Shown here piece after piece: positions 49,112 to 57,553 of a stretch of 64,000 nt of DNA (position 1 is the stretch's first letter; each line of letters starts with the position of its first letter). The notes below the pieces were generated by a model, which searched no databases, had not been told where the DNA came from, and saw nothing but the letters and a program-made list of their open reading frames with translations. The translations under genes and the position numbers were made by a program. The stretch comes from Verrucomicrobiia bacterium (GTDB lineage: Bacteria > Verrucomicrobiota > Verrucomicrobiia > Limisphaerales > UBA8199). The stretch spans positions 2,238-66,237 of the forward strand of contig DATGLT010000294.1 in assembly GCA_035294005.1 (NCBI GenBank), read 5' to 3'.

Positions 49112-52100
49112 ATGAAAACCGCTCTTCGGCTGACCGCGGTCATGGTTCTTCTGGTCTTGCCTCGGCTTTCCGCCGCCACCCTTTATGTGTCACGGGGGAG
49201 CCCGAATCCAACTCCCCCTTACGCAACCTGGGCGACCGCGGCCACCAACATCCAGGATGCAGTGGACTCGGCGCAAGCCCAGGCATTGATCCTGGTGACC
49301 GACGGGGTTTATCCCGGTGGATTGACCGTGGGCAAACCGCTCACTTTGCTGAGCGTCAATGGTCCCCGCGTTACGGTAATCGATGGCGCCGGCAGCAAAC
49401 AATGCGTCTCCATCACGAACGGGGTGAACCTGTCCGGGTTCACCCTCACGAACGGGTGGGCCCAAAACGGCGGCGCCGTTTGGTGCAGTACCACAAACGC
49501 CTATGTCACCAACTGTGTCATCGCAGGCAACTCCGCCGCGCAAAACGGAGGGGGCACCTATGGGGCCACTTTCTACAATTGCCAATTGACCGGCAATTCG
49601 GCCACCAGCGGCATCGGTGGAGGAGCCTGTTCCTCCATGCTCTACAACTGCACAGTCACCGGTAACTCCGCGAGCACCGCCGGCGGAGCCTCCGGGGGCA
49701 TCCTCTACAATTCGATTATCTACTTCAACAACGCTCCACACGGCGCGAATTACACGAACGTTTATTATCTCTTGTATTGTTGCACGACGCCGTTGCCTAA
49801 TTTCGGCGGTGGCAACATCACCAACGCGCCGATGTTGGTCGACTACGCGGGCGGCGACTTGCACTTACAATCCAACTCCCCGTGCATCGATGCCGGCAAC
49901 AACATGTTCGTGCATGGCGCGACCGACCTCGACGGCAACCCACGCATCTTTGGCGGGACGGTGGACCTGGGCGCCTATGAGTTTGAACCGTCCGGTCCGC
50001 CTTTGATCACCGGCCAACCCTCCAGCCAGACGGCTTTTACCGGCAGCGACGTTACCTTAAGCGTCGTGGCCGTAGGCTCTCTGCCCCTTTCCTGGCAATG
50101 GCAGTTCAAGGGGGTTGCCATCCCGGGTGCCCTTAATTCTACCCTGACGCTGGCGCCTGTGACGACCAACCAGGCAGGCAGCTATTCGGTCGTGGTCGCC
50201 AACAACCTTGGCTCGGTAACCAGCCAAGTGGCGGTGGTAACCGTAACAAACTCGGCTCCCCGGATCGTCGCCCAGCCTCTCGATGCCGTGGCTTATGTCG
50301 GTAGCAATGTCACTTTCACCGTTGGCGCGGTCGGCTCCCTGCCCTTTTCGTGGCAATGGCAGTTTAATGGAACTGCCATTCCGAATGCCACCAACTCGAG
50401 CCTGACTCTGACCGCAGTGACGACCAACCAGGAGGGACTTTACTCGGTGATTGTAAGCAATGCCCTGGGGAGCCTTACCAGCGCAGCAGCCAGTCTCACC
50501 GTTGCGGTGCGTACCGGGACCAGCTTTGTCTGGCAGAACAGTCCCAACCCGACGCCGCCGTACGCCACCTGGCCCACGGCCGCCCATGCGATCCAGGACG
50601 CAGTGGATGCCACCATCCCCGGAGACCAGGTCGTGGTCACCAATGGGATCTACGCGACCGGCGCCCGGTCCGTAGGTTCAAATGCGCTACCCAACCGCGT
50701 CGTAGTGGATAAGCCCGTGACAGTGCGGAGCGTCAACGGACCGGACGTCACGGTTATCATGGGCTACCAGGTGCCCGGCGAGACCAATGGGTATGCAGCG
50801 ATTCGATGCGTCTACTTGAGCAGCGGCGCGGTCCTCAACGGGTTTACTCTGACCAATGGAGCGACGTTATACCCGGTGGGTAATTTCGATCCGCAGGCTA
50901 GCGGAGGTGGAGTCTGGTGCCAGTCGAGCAGTGCGGTGGTAACGAATTGCATCCTGAATGGCAACGCGGCAGCTCAGTTCAGCGGAGGCGCAGACGGTGG
51001 CACAATCGACAACTGCGCCTTGAGCGGCAACTCAGCCTTATACGGTGGTGGAGCGCATGGTGGAACGCTCAATTTCTGCACGCTAACCGGTAACTCGGCG
51101 CAGTATGGCGGCGGAGCGCATGTCGCCACGCTCAATAATTGCACGCTAACGGGCAACTCAGCCCAGGTTGAGGGAGGCGGGGCGGAATCTTGCACGCTCG
51201 CCAACAGCGCAGTTTTCGGTAACTCGGCGCAGGCCAATGGTGGCGGCGCGGCTTTTTGTACGCTCACCAACTGCACGGTGACCTTCAACTCGGCGGCGGT
51301 TTATGATGGAGGAGCGTACGATTCCATGCTCTACAATTCGATCGTCTACTACAACACTGTGCTTAATAGCACGAAGATCTCGGACGCGATGTCCAGCACC
51401 CTCTATTACTGCTGCAGCACCACCAACAGCGGGGGGAACACCATAACCAATGAGCCTTTTCTATTGAGCCCCTGGCGCCCCGCTTGGAATTCCCCCGTCC
51501 GGGGAGCCGGCAATTCCGCTTTCGCTGGTGGTTCGGACCTCGATGGCGAGACCTGGCTCAATCCTCCCTCGATCGGCTGCGATGAATACCATAGCGGTTT
51601 GGTTACCGGAGCGTTGAGCGTCGCGATCGTGGCGCCCGTGACCAATGTCGCCAGGGGTGTTGCCCTGGATCTGATCGGGCAAGTCTCTGGTCGGCCGTCT
51701 GCCGCACGGTGGGAATTTGGGGATGGAACGGTCATCAGCAATCGGCTTCACGCCACGCATCAATGGCCTGCGGCTGGGGATTACCAGGTGGTCTGGCGGG
51801 CTTACAACGATAGTTTACCGGCCGGGGTAACAGCTGCCGTCACAATCCACGTGCTGGATACATCGCTGCACTACGTGAACATTGAGAGCACTAGCCCCCT
51901 TGCGCCCTACACCACTTGGAGTACTGCGGCCGCTACCATCCAGGACGCCGTTGATGCGGCAAGTCCAGGCGACGAGATCCTCGTCACCAACGGCGTCTAC
52001 GCCGCCGGCGGTCGACCCATGGGTACGGATCTCCTGACCAACCGCGTCACGTTGAATAAGCCACTGACGGTCCGGAGCGTCAATGGGCCGGAAGCGACGG

Positions 52101-54799
52101 TCATCGAGGGCTACCAGGTATCGGCCACAGTCGAGGGCCCGGGAGCGATCCGGTGCGCCTATTTGAGCGCCGGTTCAGTCTTGAGCGGCTTTACTCTCAC
52201 GAATGGAGCGACCCTGGCGCAACCGAGTTATTCCGACCCTCAGGCAAACGGGGGAGGAGCATGGTGTGAATCCACGTCGGTCCTGACCAATTGCACGCTG
52301 GTTGGCAACTCGGCTTTGTCTGCCGGCGGGGTGTATGGCGGCACGCTTTATAACTGCACACTGACCAGCAATTCGGTGCCGTGGTATGGAGGCGGGACGT
52401 ACGGCGCTACACTCAATAACTGCACGCTGACCGGCAACTCGGCGTACGGGGGCGCTGGAGTCTTTGGCGGCGTGATCAACAACTGCATACTGACCGATAA
52501 CTCGGCCGCGTGGTACGGCGGCGGAGCCGAAAACTGCACGCTCTATTACTGCACACTCACCCAGAACTCGTCGGGCGAATACGGTGGCGGGGTTTCTCAT
52601 TGCACGCTCTACAACTGCACGCTCACCGGAAACACTGGCCAGGGTGTCGATGGCGGCACTCTCTACAATTGCCGGCTGTTTGGCAATTCCAGCGGTTCGA
52701 GCGGCACCTTTTACAGCTGCTTGCTGGTGGGCAACAACGGCGCCTCGAGCGGTGCGTTTTACAACTGCACTGTGGTGCAAAACCAGGGCGGAATCGCCGG
52801 CTCCGCTCTCAATTCCATCGTGTATTACAACGTTGGTGGAAACTATGCCCCAGGAACAATTCTGAATTACTCCTGCACAACGCCTCTACCCGACGGCGGT
52901 TTGGGAAACATTGCCGCCGACCCGCAGCTGGCCAGTCCGCAGTCTTTAAGCGCCACTTCGCCGTGCCGCGGGGCAGGCACCTCCCCACTGACCGCGACCG
53001 ATATCGACGACGTTCCCTGGGGGAATCCACCCTCGATGGGGTGCTATGAGTACCACGACGGGCCGATGACCGGACCGTTAACCGTCAACCTCGGGGCCAA
53101 TTACACCAACGTCACCGTGGGCTTTCCGGTCGGTTTGACAGCGTCGATTGAAGGCCAAACCACCCTCAGCACTTGGGATTTTGGAGACGGCATTGTCCTG
53201 AGCAACACGCTCAATGTGGTGCATTCGTGGGCCGCGCCTGGAGATTACTCCGTCGTGTTGCGAGCCTATAATGATACATCGCCGGGCGGAGTGGGTGCTG
53301 CCCTGACGGTCCACGTTTTGCTGACACCGTCGTATTATGTCGCGGCGGCCAACGCCCATCCCCAGCCGCCTTATTCATCCTGGGCCACCGCGGCCACAAA
53401 CATTCAGAATGCGGTGGATGTGGCGCTGCCGGGCACTGTCGTGATGGTGACCAATGGGACTTACGTCGGTGGGGTGGCAGTACCCAAGCCGCTTGCGCTG
53501 GTTGGCGTTAATGGGCCCCTGTTCACTATCATCGATGGGGCCGGCACGAATGCGTGCGCCTCTCTGGCCAGTGGTGCGAGCCTCACCGGGTTCACCGCCA
53601 CCAACGGGAACGGCTTTTTCGGCGGGGGCGTGCAGTGCGCATCCACAAACGCTTTTCTCACCAACTGTACGCTGGCCGGCAATCGGGCTCTTTCGGGCGC
53701 CGGAATTTCTGGGGGGACGCTCTACAACTGCACTTTGAGCGGCAACTCGGGCGATGGGGGCGGCGGGGCAACCGGGAGCACGCTCTATAACTGCACGTTG
53801 ATCGGCAACAGCGCCTTTGGACGCGTCGCTAGCGGCGGCGGAGCCGAAAGCTGCACGCTCTACAACTGTACCCTGCGCGACAACTCATCGGGATGGTCCG
53901 GCGGCGGGGCGGCCGACTCGACGCTCAACAACTGTATATTGACCGGCAACAGCTCCGAGTTCGGACCGGGCGGCGGTGCCGCTCATTGCACGCTTAACAA
54001 CTGCACGTTGACGGGCAACTCGGCGACCAACGGCTTCGGCGGCGGCGGCGGCGGGACCTATTGGTGCTGGCTCAACAACTGCATTTCCTACTACAACATT
54101 TCCCCCGGCGGCGCGAATTATGAAACCAACTACTCTTATAGCACTCTGAATTACTGCTGCACCACGCCGTTGCCCACCTCCGGTTTCGGCAATATCACCA
54201 ACGCGCCGCTCTTTGTCGATTACGCCGGCGGTAACCTGCGTCTCCAATCTCTCTCCCCTTGTATCAATTCCGGCAACAACGCTTTCGTGTCCGGCGCAAC
54301 CGATCTCGATGGGAACCCGCGGATTGTCGGCGACACGGTGGACATGGGTGCTTACGAGTTCCAAGAATCCGCCTCGGTGATTTCCTACGCCTGGCTCCAG
54401 CAATGGGGCCTGCCGACCGACGGCTCGGCCGATTATGTCGACACCGACGGCGACGGCATGAACAACTGGCAGGAATGGGTTTGCGGAACCTGCCCCACCA
54501 ACCCGCTCTCCGTCCTGCGTCTGCTCTCTGCGTCTACCCTCGGCGCCAACGTGACTGTCACCTGGCAGAGCGTCGCGGGGATAAACTATTTCCTGGAGCG
54601 CGGTGCGAATCTAGGCTCACCGTTCTCGATCGAAGTCACGAACATCGTCGGCGGGTCCTCGAACGTTTTCCTCATTGAAACGAACAGTTTGGTCGTGGCC
54701 ACCAACATCGTCGGGCAGGCCGGGACGACAAGCTATTCCGACACCAACGCGGCAGGCCCCGGCCCCGTCTTCTACCGTGTCGGCGTGAAAGCGCCCTGA
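49112..54799 (+). CDS. Giant secreted multi-module protein: four right-handed parallel beta-helix modules, two Ig-like and two PKD-like domains, and a C-terminal TSP3-like/beta-sandwich tail
   Basis: Signal peptide MKTALRLTAVMVLLVLPRLSAA. Four repeats of the cap ..P.PPY.(T/S)W.TAA..IQ(D/N)AVD followed by ~22-aa NCTLTGNSA..GGG coils. WEFGDGT and WDFGDGI PKD cores. DTDGDGMNNWQEW near the end. Confidence 0.85.
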   Translation: MKTALRLTAVMVLLVLPRLSAATLYVSRGSPNPTPPYATWATAATNIQDAVDSAQAQALILVTDGVYPGGLTVGKPLTLLSVNGPRVTVIDGAGSKQCVSITNGVNLSGFTLTNGWAQNGGAVWCSTTNAYVTNCVIAGNSAAQNGGGTYGATFYNCQLTGNSATSGIGGGACSSMLYNCTVTGNSASTAGGASGGILYNSIIYFNNAPHGANYTNVYYLLYCCTTPLPNFGGGNITNAPMLVDYAGGDLHLQSNSPCIDAGNNMFVHGATDLDGNPRIFGGTVDLGAYEFEPSGPPLITGQPSSQTAFTGSDVTLSVVAVGSLPLSWQWQFKGVAIPGALNSTLTLAPVTTNQAGSYSVVVANNLGSVTSQVAVVTVTNSAPRIVAQPLDAVAYVGSNVTFTVGAVGSLPFSWQWQFNGTAIPNATNSSLTLTAVTTNQEGLYSVIVSNALGSLTSAAASLTVAVRTGTSFVWQNSPNPTPPYATWPTAAHAIQDAVDATIPGDQVVVTNGIYATGARSVGSNALPNRVVVDKPVTVRSVNGPDVTVIMGYQVPGETNGYAAIRCVYLSSGAVLNGFTLTNGATLYPVGNFDPQASGGGVWCQSSSAVVTNCILNGNAAAQFSGGADGGTIDNCALSGNSALYGGGAHGGTLNFCTLTGNSAQYGGGAHVATLNNCTLTGNSAQVEGGGAESCTLANSAVFGNSAQANGGGAAFCTLTNCTVTFNSAAVYDGGAYDSMLYNSIVYYNTVLNSTKISDAMSSTLYYCCSTTNSGGNTITNEPFLLSPWRPAWNSPVRGAGNSAFAGGSDLDGETWLNPPSIGCDEYHSGLVTGALSVAIVAPVTNVARGVALDLIGQVSGRPSAARWEFGDGTVISNRLHATHQWPAAGDYQVVWRAYNDSLPAGVTAAVTIHVLDTSLHYVNIESTSPLAPYTTWSTAAATIQDAVDAASPGDEILVTNGVYAAGGRPMGTDLLTNRVTLNKPLTVRSVNGPEATVIEGYQVSATVEGPGAIRCAYLSAGSVLSGFTLTNGATLAQPSYSDPQANGGGAWCESTSVLTNCTLVGNSALSAGGVYGGTLYNCTLTSNSVPWYGGGTYGATLNNCTLTGNSAYGGAGVFGGVINNCILTDNSAAWYGGGAENCTLYYCTLTQNSSGEYGGGVSHCTLYNCTLTGNTGQGVDGGTLYNCRLFGNSSGSSGTFYSCLLVGNNGASSGAFYNCTVVQNQGGIAGSALNSIVYYNVGGNYAPGTILNYSCTTPLPDGGLGNIAADPQLASPQSLSATSPCRGAGTSPLTATDIDDVPWGNPPSMGCYEYHDGPMTGPLTVNLGANYTNVTVGFPVGLTASIEGQTTLSTWDFGDGIVLSNTLNVVHSWAAPGDYSVVLRAYNDTSPGGVGAALTVHVLLTPSYYVAAANAHPQPPYSSWATAATNIQNAVDVALPGTVVMVTNGTYVGGVAVPKPLALVGVNGPLFTIIDGAGTNACASLASGASLTGFTATNGNGFFGGGVQCASTNAFLTNCTLAGNRALSGAGISGGTLYNCTLSGNSGDGGGGATGSTLYNCTLIGNSAFGRVASGGGAESCTLYNCTLRDNSSGWSGGGAADSTLNNCILTGNSSEFGPGGGAAHCTLNNCTLTGNSATNGFGGGGGGTYWCWLNNCISYYNISPGGANYETNYSYSTLNYCCTTPLPTSGFGNITNAPLFVDYAGGNLRLQSLSPCINSGNNAFVSGATDLDGNPRIVGDTVDMGAYEFQESASVISYAWLQQWGLPTDGSADYVDTDGDGMNNWQEWVCGTCPTNPLSVLRLLSASTLGANVTVTWQSVAGINYFLERGANLGSPFSIEVTNIVGGSSNVFLIETNSLVVATNIVGQAGTTSYSDTNAAGPGPVFYRVGVKAP
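49178..49986 (+). repeat. Beta-helix module A (aa ~23-292)
   Basis: Runs from YVSRGSPNPTPPYATWATAATNIQDAVD to NITNAPMLVDYAGGDLHLQSNSPCIDAGNN...DLDGNPRIFGGTVDLGAYEF. Confidence 0.7.
49996..50505 (+). repeat. Two tandem Ig-like domains (~84 aa each)
   Basis: PLITGQPSSQTAFTGSDVTLSVVAVGSLPLSWQWQFKG...GSYSVVVANNLGSVTS and PRIVAQPLDAVAYVGSNVTFTVGAVGSLPFSWQWQFNG...GLYSVIVSNALGSLTS. Confidence 0.7.
50522..51593 (+). repeat. Beta-helix module B (aa ~471-828)
   Basis: Runs from FVWQNSPNPTPPYATWPTAAHAIQDAVD to DLDGETWLNPPSIGCDEYH. Confidence 0.7.
51607..51855 (+). repeat. PKD-like domain 1
   Basis: ...ARWEFGDGTVISNRLHATHQWPAAGDYQVVWRAYND...VTIHVL. Confidence 0.65.
51866..53058 (+). repeat. Beta-helix module B' (aa ~919-1316)
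   Basis: Runs from LHYVNIESTSPLAPYTTWSTAAATIQDAVD to DIDDVPWGNPPSMGCYEYH. Confidence 0.7.
53071..53322 (+). repeat. PKD-like domain 2
   Basis: ...LSTWDFGDGIVLSNTLNVVHSWAAPGDYSVVLRAYND...LTVHVL. Confidence 0.65.
53330..54366 (+). repeat. Beta-helix module A' (aa ~1407-1752)
   Basis: Runs from YYVAAANAHPQPPYSSWATAATNIQNAVD to NITNAPLFVDYAGGNLRLQSLSPCINSGNN...DLDGNPRIVGDTVDMGAYEF. Confidence 0.7.
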
Positions 54800-54825
54800 C
54801 ACCCTTCTTGAAACACATTTCCGAT

Positions 54826-56871
54826 TCAGGTCTTTGACATCGGAGCGAGCCCGGCCTTGATGCGCTTGGCAATTTCGCGCGCCTCATTGATGAGAGCCAG
54901 GTCCGTTGTCAGATCCCCAAACCGGAATCGGGCAGCCCCGCTCTGTTGCTGGCCCAGCAGTTCGCCGGGCCCGCGCAGCGTGAGGTCAGCTTCTGCAATC
55001 CGGAAACCATCGTTTGTTTCCTCCAGGACTCGAAGGCGCTCGTGAGCGGACCCGCCTTTTCTGGACGTTACCAGGATGCAAAACGAATCGTGCGCGCCGC
55101 GGCCAATCCGCCCGCGCAGTTGGTGCAGTTGCGCCAATCCGAACAGTTCCGCATTTTCGATCAACATCAGCGTCGCATTAGGAACGTCAACGCCTACCTC
55201 GATGACCGAGGTCGCCAGCAATACGTTGGTCTTACCTTCACGAAAAGAGGCCATTGCTTTCTCCCGGTTCTGCGCCGGGAGCCGCCCGTGTACCATGTCG
55301 ACCGTGAACGGAGCCAGCAAGCGTTGGAGGTTCTCGAATTCGGTGCTGACGGCCTTCACGCCCGATTGCCCGGCGTCCTCTACATGAGGATATACCACGT
55401 ACGCCTGGCGGCCTTCCGCAATTTTGCTTTTGATGAACTCCCATACCTTGGGCAGTTGAGCCAACCCCCGCGTGAACGTCTTGATCCGCCCACGTCCGGG
55501 CGGCAACTCGTCAATCGTGGAGATGTCCAGGTCTCCATAAAGCGTGAGTCCAAGGGTGCGCGGGATTGGAGTTGCCGTCATCACCAGGAGATGCGGGTAG
55601 CGTCCTTTGCGCAGCAACTCTTCCCGTTGAGACACGCCGAACTTGTGTTGCTCATCTATAATCACCAATCCAAGTTTTCCGGGACTGAAGCCCGATTCGA
55701 TCAGGGAATGGGTTCCTATCGTCAGTTTCGGACCTGGATCGCTAACCGCATGTTCCAGCCTTTGGGTGAGGTCCGCTCCGTCCTCGTGAACCTTTCGAGT
55801 GCCGGTTCTCAATTCCAGGTCAACTGGGAGGTCCCGGAACCAACAGGTGAAAGTTTTGAAGTGCTGTTCTGCGAGGATCTCAGTCGGGGCCATCAAGGCC
55901 ACTTCGAACCCGCTTTCCAGCGCCATGAGGGCCGCGCAGGCGGCCACCAGGGTCTTGCCGGAACCCACGTCACCCTGGAGCAGTCGCCGCATGGGGTGGC
56001 TCCCCGCCATATCCGCTCGAATCTCCTTCAGAACCCGGGTCTGGGCGGATGTGGGCTTGAATCGGAGGCTTCGCAAAAACGGCTTGATGAGGCTGTTATC
56101 GCCACCGCAGGGAAGGCCCTGGGATTTAAGCTCGAAATTCCTGCGCCTTGACTGGATGCGGCACTGAAGTTCGACGAATTCATCGAGAGCGAGCCTGCGC
56201 CGGGCTGCTTCAATTTGTTCCACGGTTTCAGGGAAATGGGTGAAATGCAGAGCCTCCGCTCGAGAAAGTTTCGGTCCGGCTTCGGTGTCCCGGTAATCAG
56301 GCCACGGGTCCTGGATGCGCGGGCCAAATTCCTGCAGCGTCCGCCAGAGGAGCGCGCGCAACCACCGTTGGCCCAATCCTTCGGTCAGTGGATAAATCGG
56401 CGTGAGCCGGTTGAGGTGGATGAAGTTCTCCTCCCCGCCTTCCAGAACTTCCGTCTCCGGATGATCTATGGTTCGCGGCTTGAGCTGAAGCGGTTTTCCA
56501 AAGACCAGCACGTCATCCCCGGCAGCGAAATACTTTTCCATGTAGGGCAGGTTCCACCAGCGGCAGTGCAGCCGGGCGGTGCCGTCGTCGAGAATGATTT
56601 CGAAAATTGATTTCGCGCGGTTTCGAAACCACTTGGTGCCCAGGGCGACGATGCGGCCGTGGGTGATCGCCGGTTCTTTGAGCTGCAGTTCGGCAATTTT
56701 AACCAGCTTTTGGCGATCTTCATAGCGCCGGGGGCGATGAAGGAGAAGGTCTTCAACGGAATGAATCTCGAGTTTTCCGAGCAACCCAGCCCGCTCGGGA
56801 CCCACCCCCGAGAGAGTTATCACCGGCCGCGCCAGCGCGGGCGTGGTCTCCTGCGAAGACGGGCCGCTCAT
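54826..56871 (-). CDS. recG: ATP-dependent DNA helicase RecG
   Basis: Wedge/OB N-terminus, Walker A GDVGSGKT, DEQH (IIDEQHKFG), ...QLRGRIGRG. Confidence 0.95.
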   Translation of the reverse strand: MSGPSSQETTPALARPVITLSGVGPERAGLLGKLEIHSVEDLLLHRPRRYEDRQKLVKIAELQLKEPAITHGRIVALGTKWFRNRAKSIFEIILDDGTARLHCRWWNLPYMEKYFAAGDDVLVFGKPLQLKPRTIDHPETEVLEGGEENFIHLNRLTPIYPLTEGLGQRWLRALLWRTLQEFGPRIQDPWPDYRDTEAGPKLSRAEALHFTHFPETVEQIEAARRRLALDEFVELQCRIQSRRRNFELKSQGLPCGGDNSLIKPFLRSLRFKPTSAQTRVLKEIRADMAGSHPMRRLLQGDVGSGKTLVAACAALMALESGFEVALMAPTEILAEQHFKTFTCWFRDLPVDLELRTGTRKVHEDGADLTQRLEHAVSDPGPKLTIGTHSLIESGFSPGKLGLVIIDEQHKFGVSQREELLRKGRYPHLLVMTATPIPRTLGLTLYGDLDISTIDELPPGRGRIKTFTRGLAQLPKVWEFIKSKIAEGRQAYVVYPHVEDAGQSGVKAVSTEFENLQRLLAPFTVDMVHGRLPAQNREKAMASFREGKTNVLLATSVIEVGVDVPNATLMLIENAELFGLAQLHQLRGRIGRGAHDSFCILVTSRKGGSAHERLRVLEETNDGFRIAEADLTLRGPGELLGQQQSGAARFRFGDLTTDLALINEAREIAKRIKAGLAPMSKT

Positions 56872-56875
56872 CCGT

Positions 56876-57553
56876 CTACAATCGATCCTCGCGCCAGCGG
56901 ATCGCCAGTTTCAGCAATTCACTCGAGCTTTCCAGGTTCAGTTTTTCCCGGATTCGAAGCCGGTAGGTCTCGACCGTTTTCATGTCGATATGCAATTGCG
57001 CCGAAATCTCGCGGGTATTGAAGCCCTGGCCGGTCAATTCAAACACCTGCAATTCACGATCGGTCAGTTGATCCAGGATGGCGTCTTCCCTCGCCTGCGG
57101 CGCGGAAGCAAGGCGCGCGAGAACGGCCGCGCCCGTGGTTTCATTGAGATAAATGCCGCCGCCGAGCACACGCCGGATTGCGCGCAAAATATCGTGTGTC
57201 GCCTGCTGTTTCGTGATGTAACCGCGGGCGCCGGCTCTCAGAACTCGTTCGGCGTACAGGTTTTCGTTGTGCATCGAGACGACCAGGATCAGCAGGTCTG
57301 GCCAGCGGGCGTGGATGTCTTTGATGAGCTCCATGCCGCTGGAATTTTTTAGAGTCAGATCGATCACGACCAGTTTCGGTTTTTTCTTTTCAATGGCTTC
57401 GAGAGCGCCTGACCGATCTTCAGCGGCCGCGCAGACAGTCAGGTCGGCTTCGCGGTTGATGACTTCGGCAAAACCATCGCGAACCACCGGGTGGTCATCC
57501 ACCAGCAGCACGGTGGTGGCCTTGTGTTTATCCTGAGGAGATGAACTGGTCAT
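56876..57553 (-). CDS. NarL/LuxR-family response regulator
   Basis: Start moved to ATG 57553, an ATGA overlap with the kinase stop. LLVDDHPVVRDG receiver. LuxR HTH LTDRELQVFELTGQGFNTREISAQLHIDMKTVETYR. Confidence 0.9.
   Translation of the reverse strand: MTSSSPQDKHKATTVLLVDDHPVVRDGFAEVINREADLTVCAAAEDRSGALEAIEKKKPKLVVIDLTLKNSSGMELIKDIHARWPDLLILVVSMHNENLYAERVLRAGARGYITKQQATHDILRAIRRVLGGGIYLNETTGAAVLARLASAPQAREDAILDQLTDRELQVFELTGQGFNTREISAQLHIDMKTVETYRLRIREKLNLESSSELLKLAIRWREDRL

Noticed and set aside
54946-56151. 401-aa plus-strand ORF
   Set aside because: Antisense to recG, which has Walker A and DEQH motifs on the other strand. Shadow ORF.
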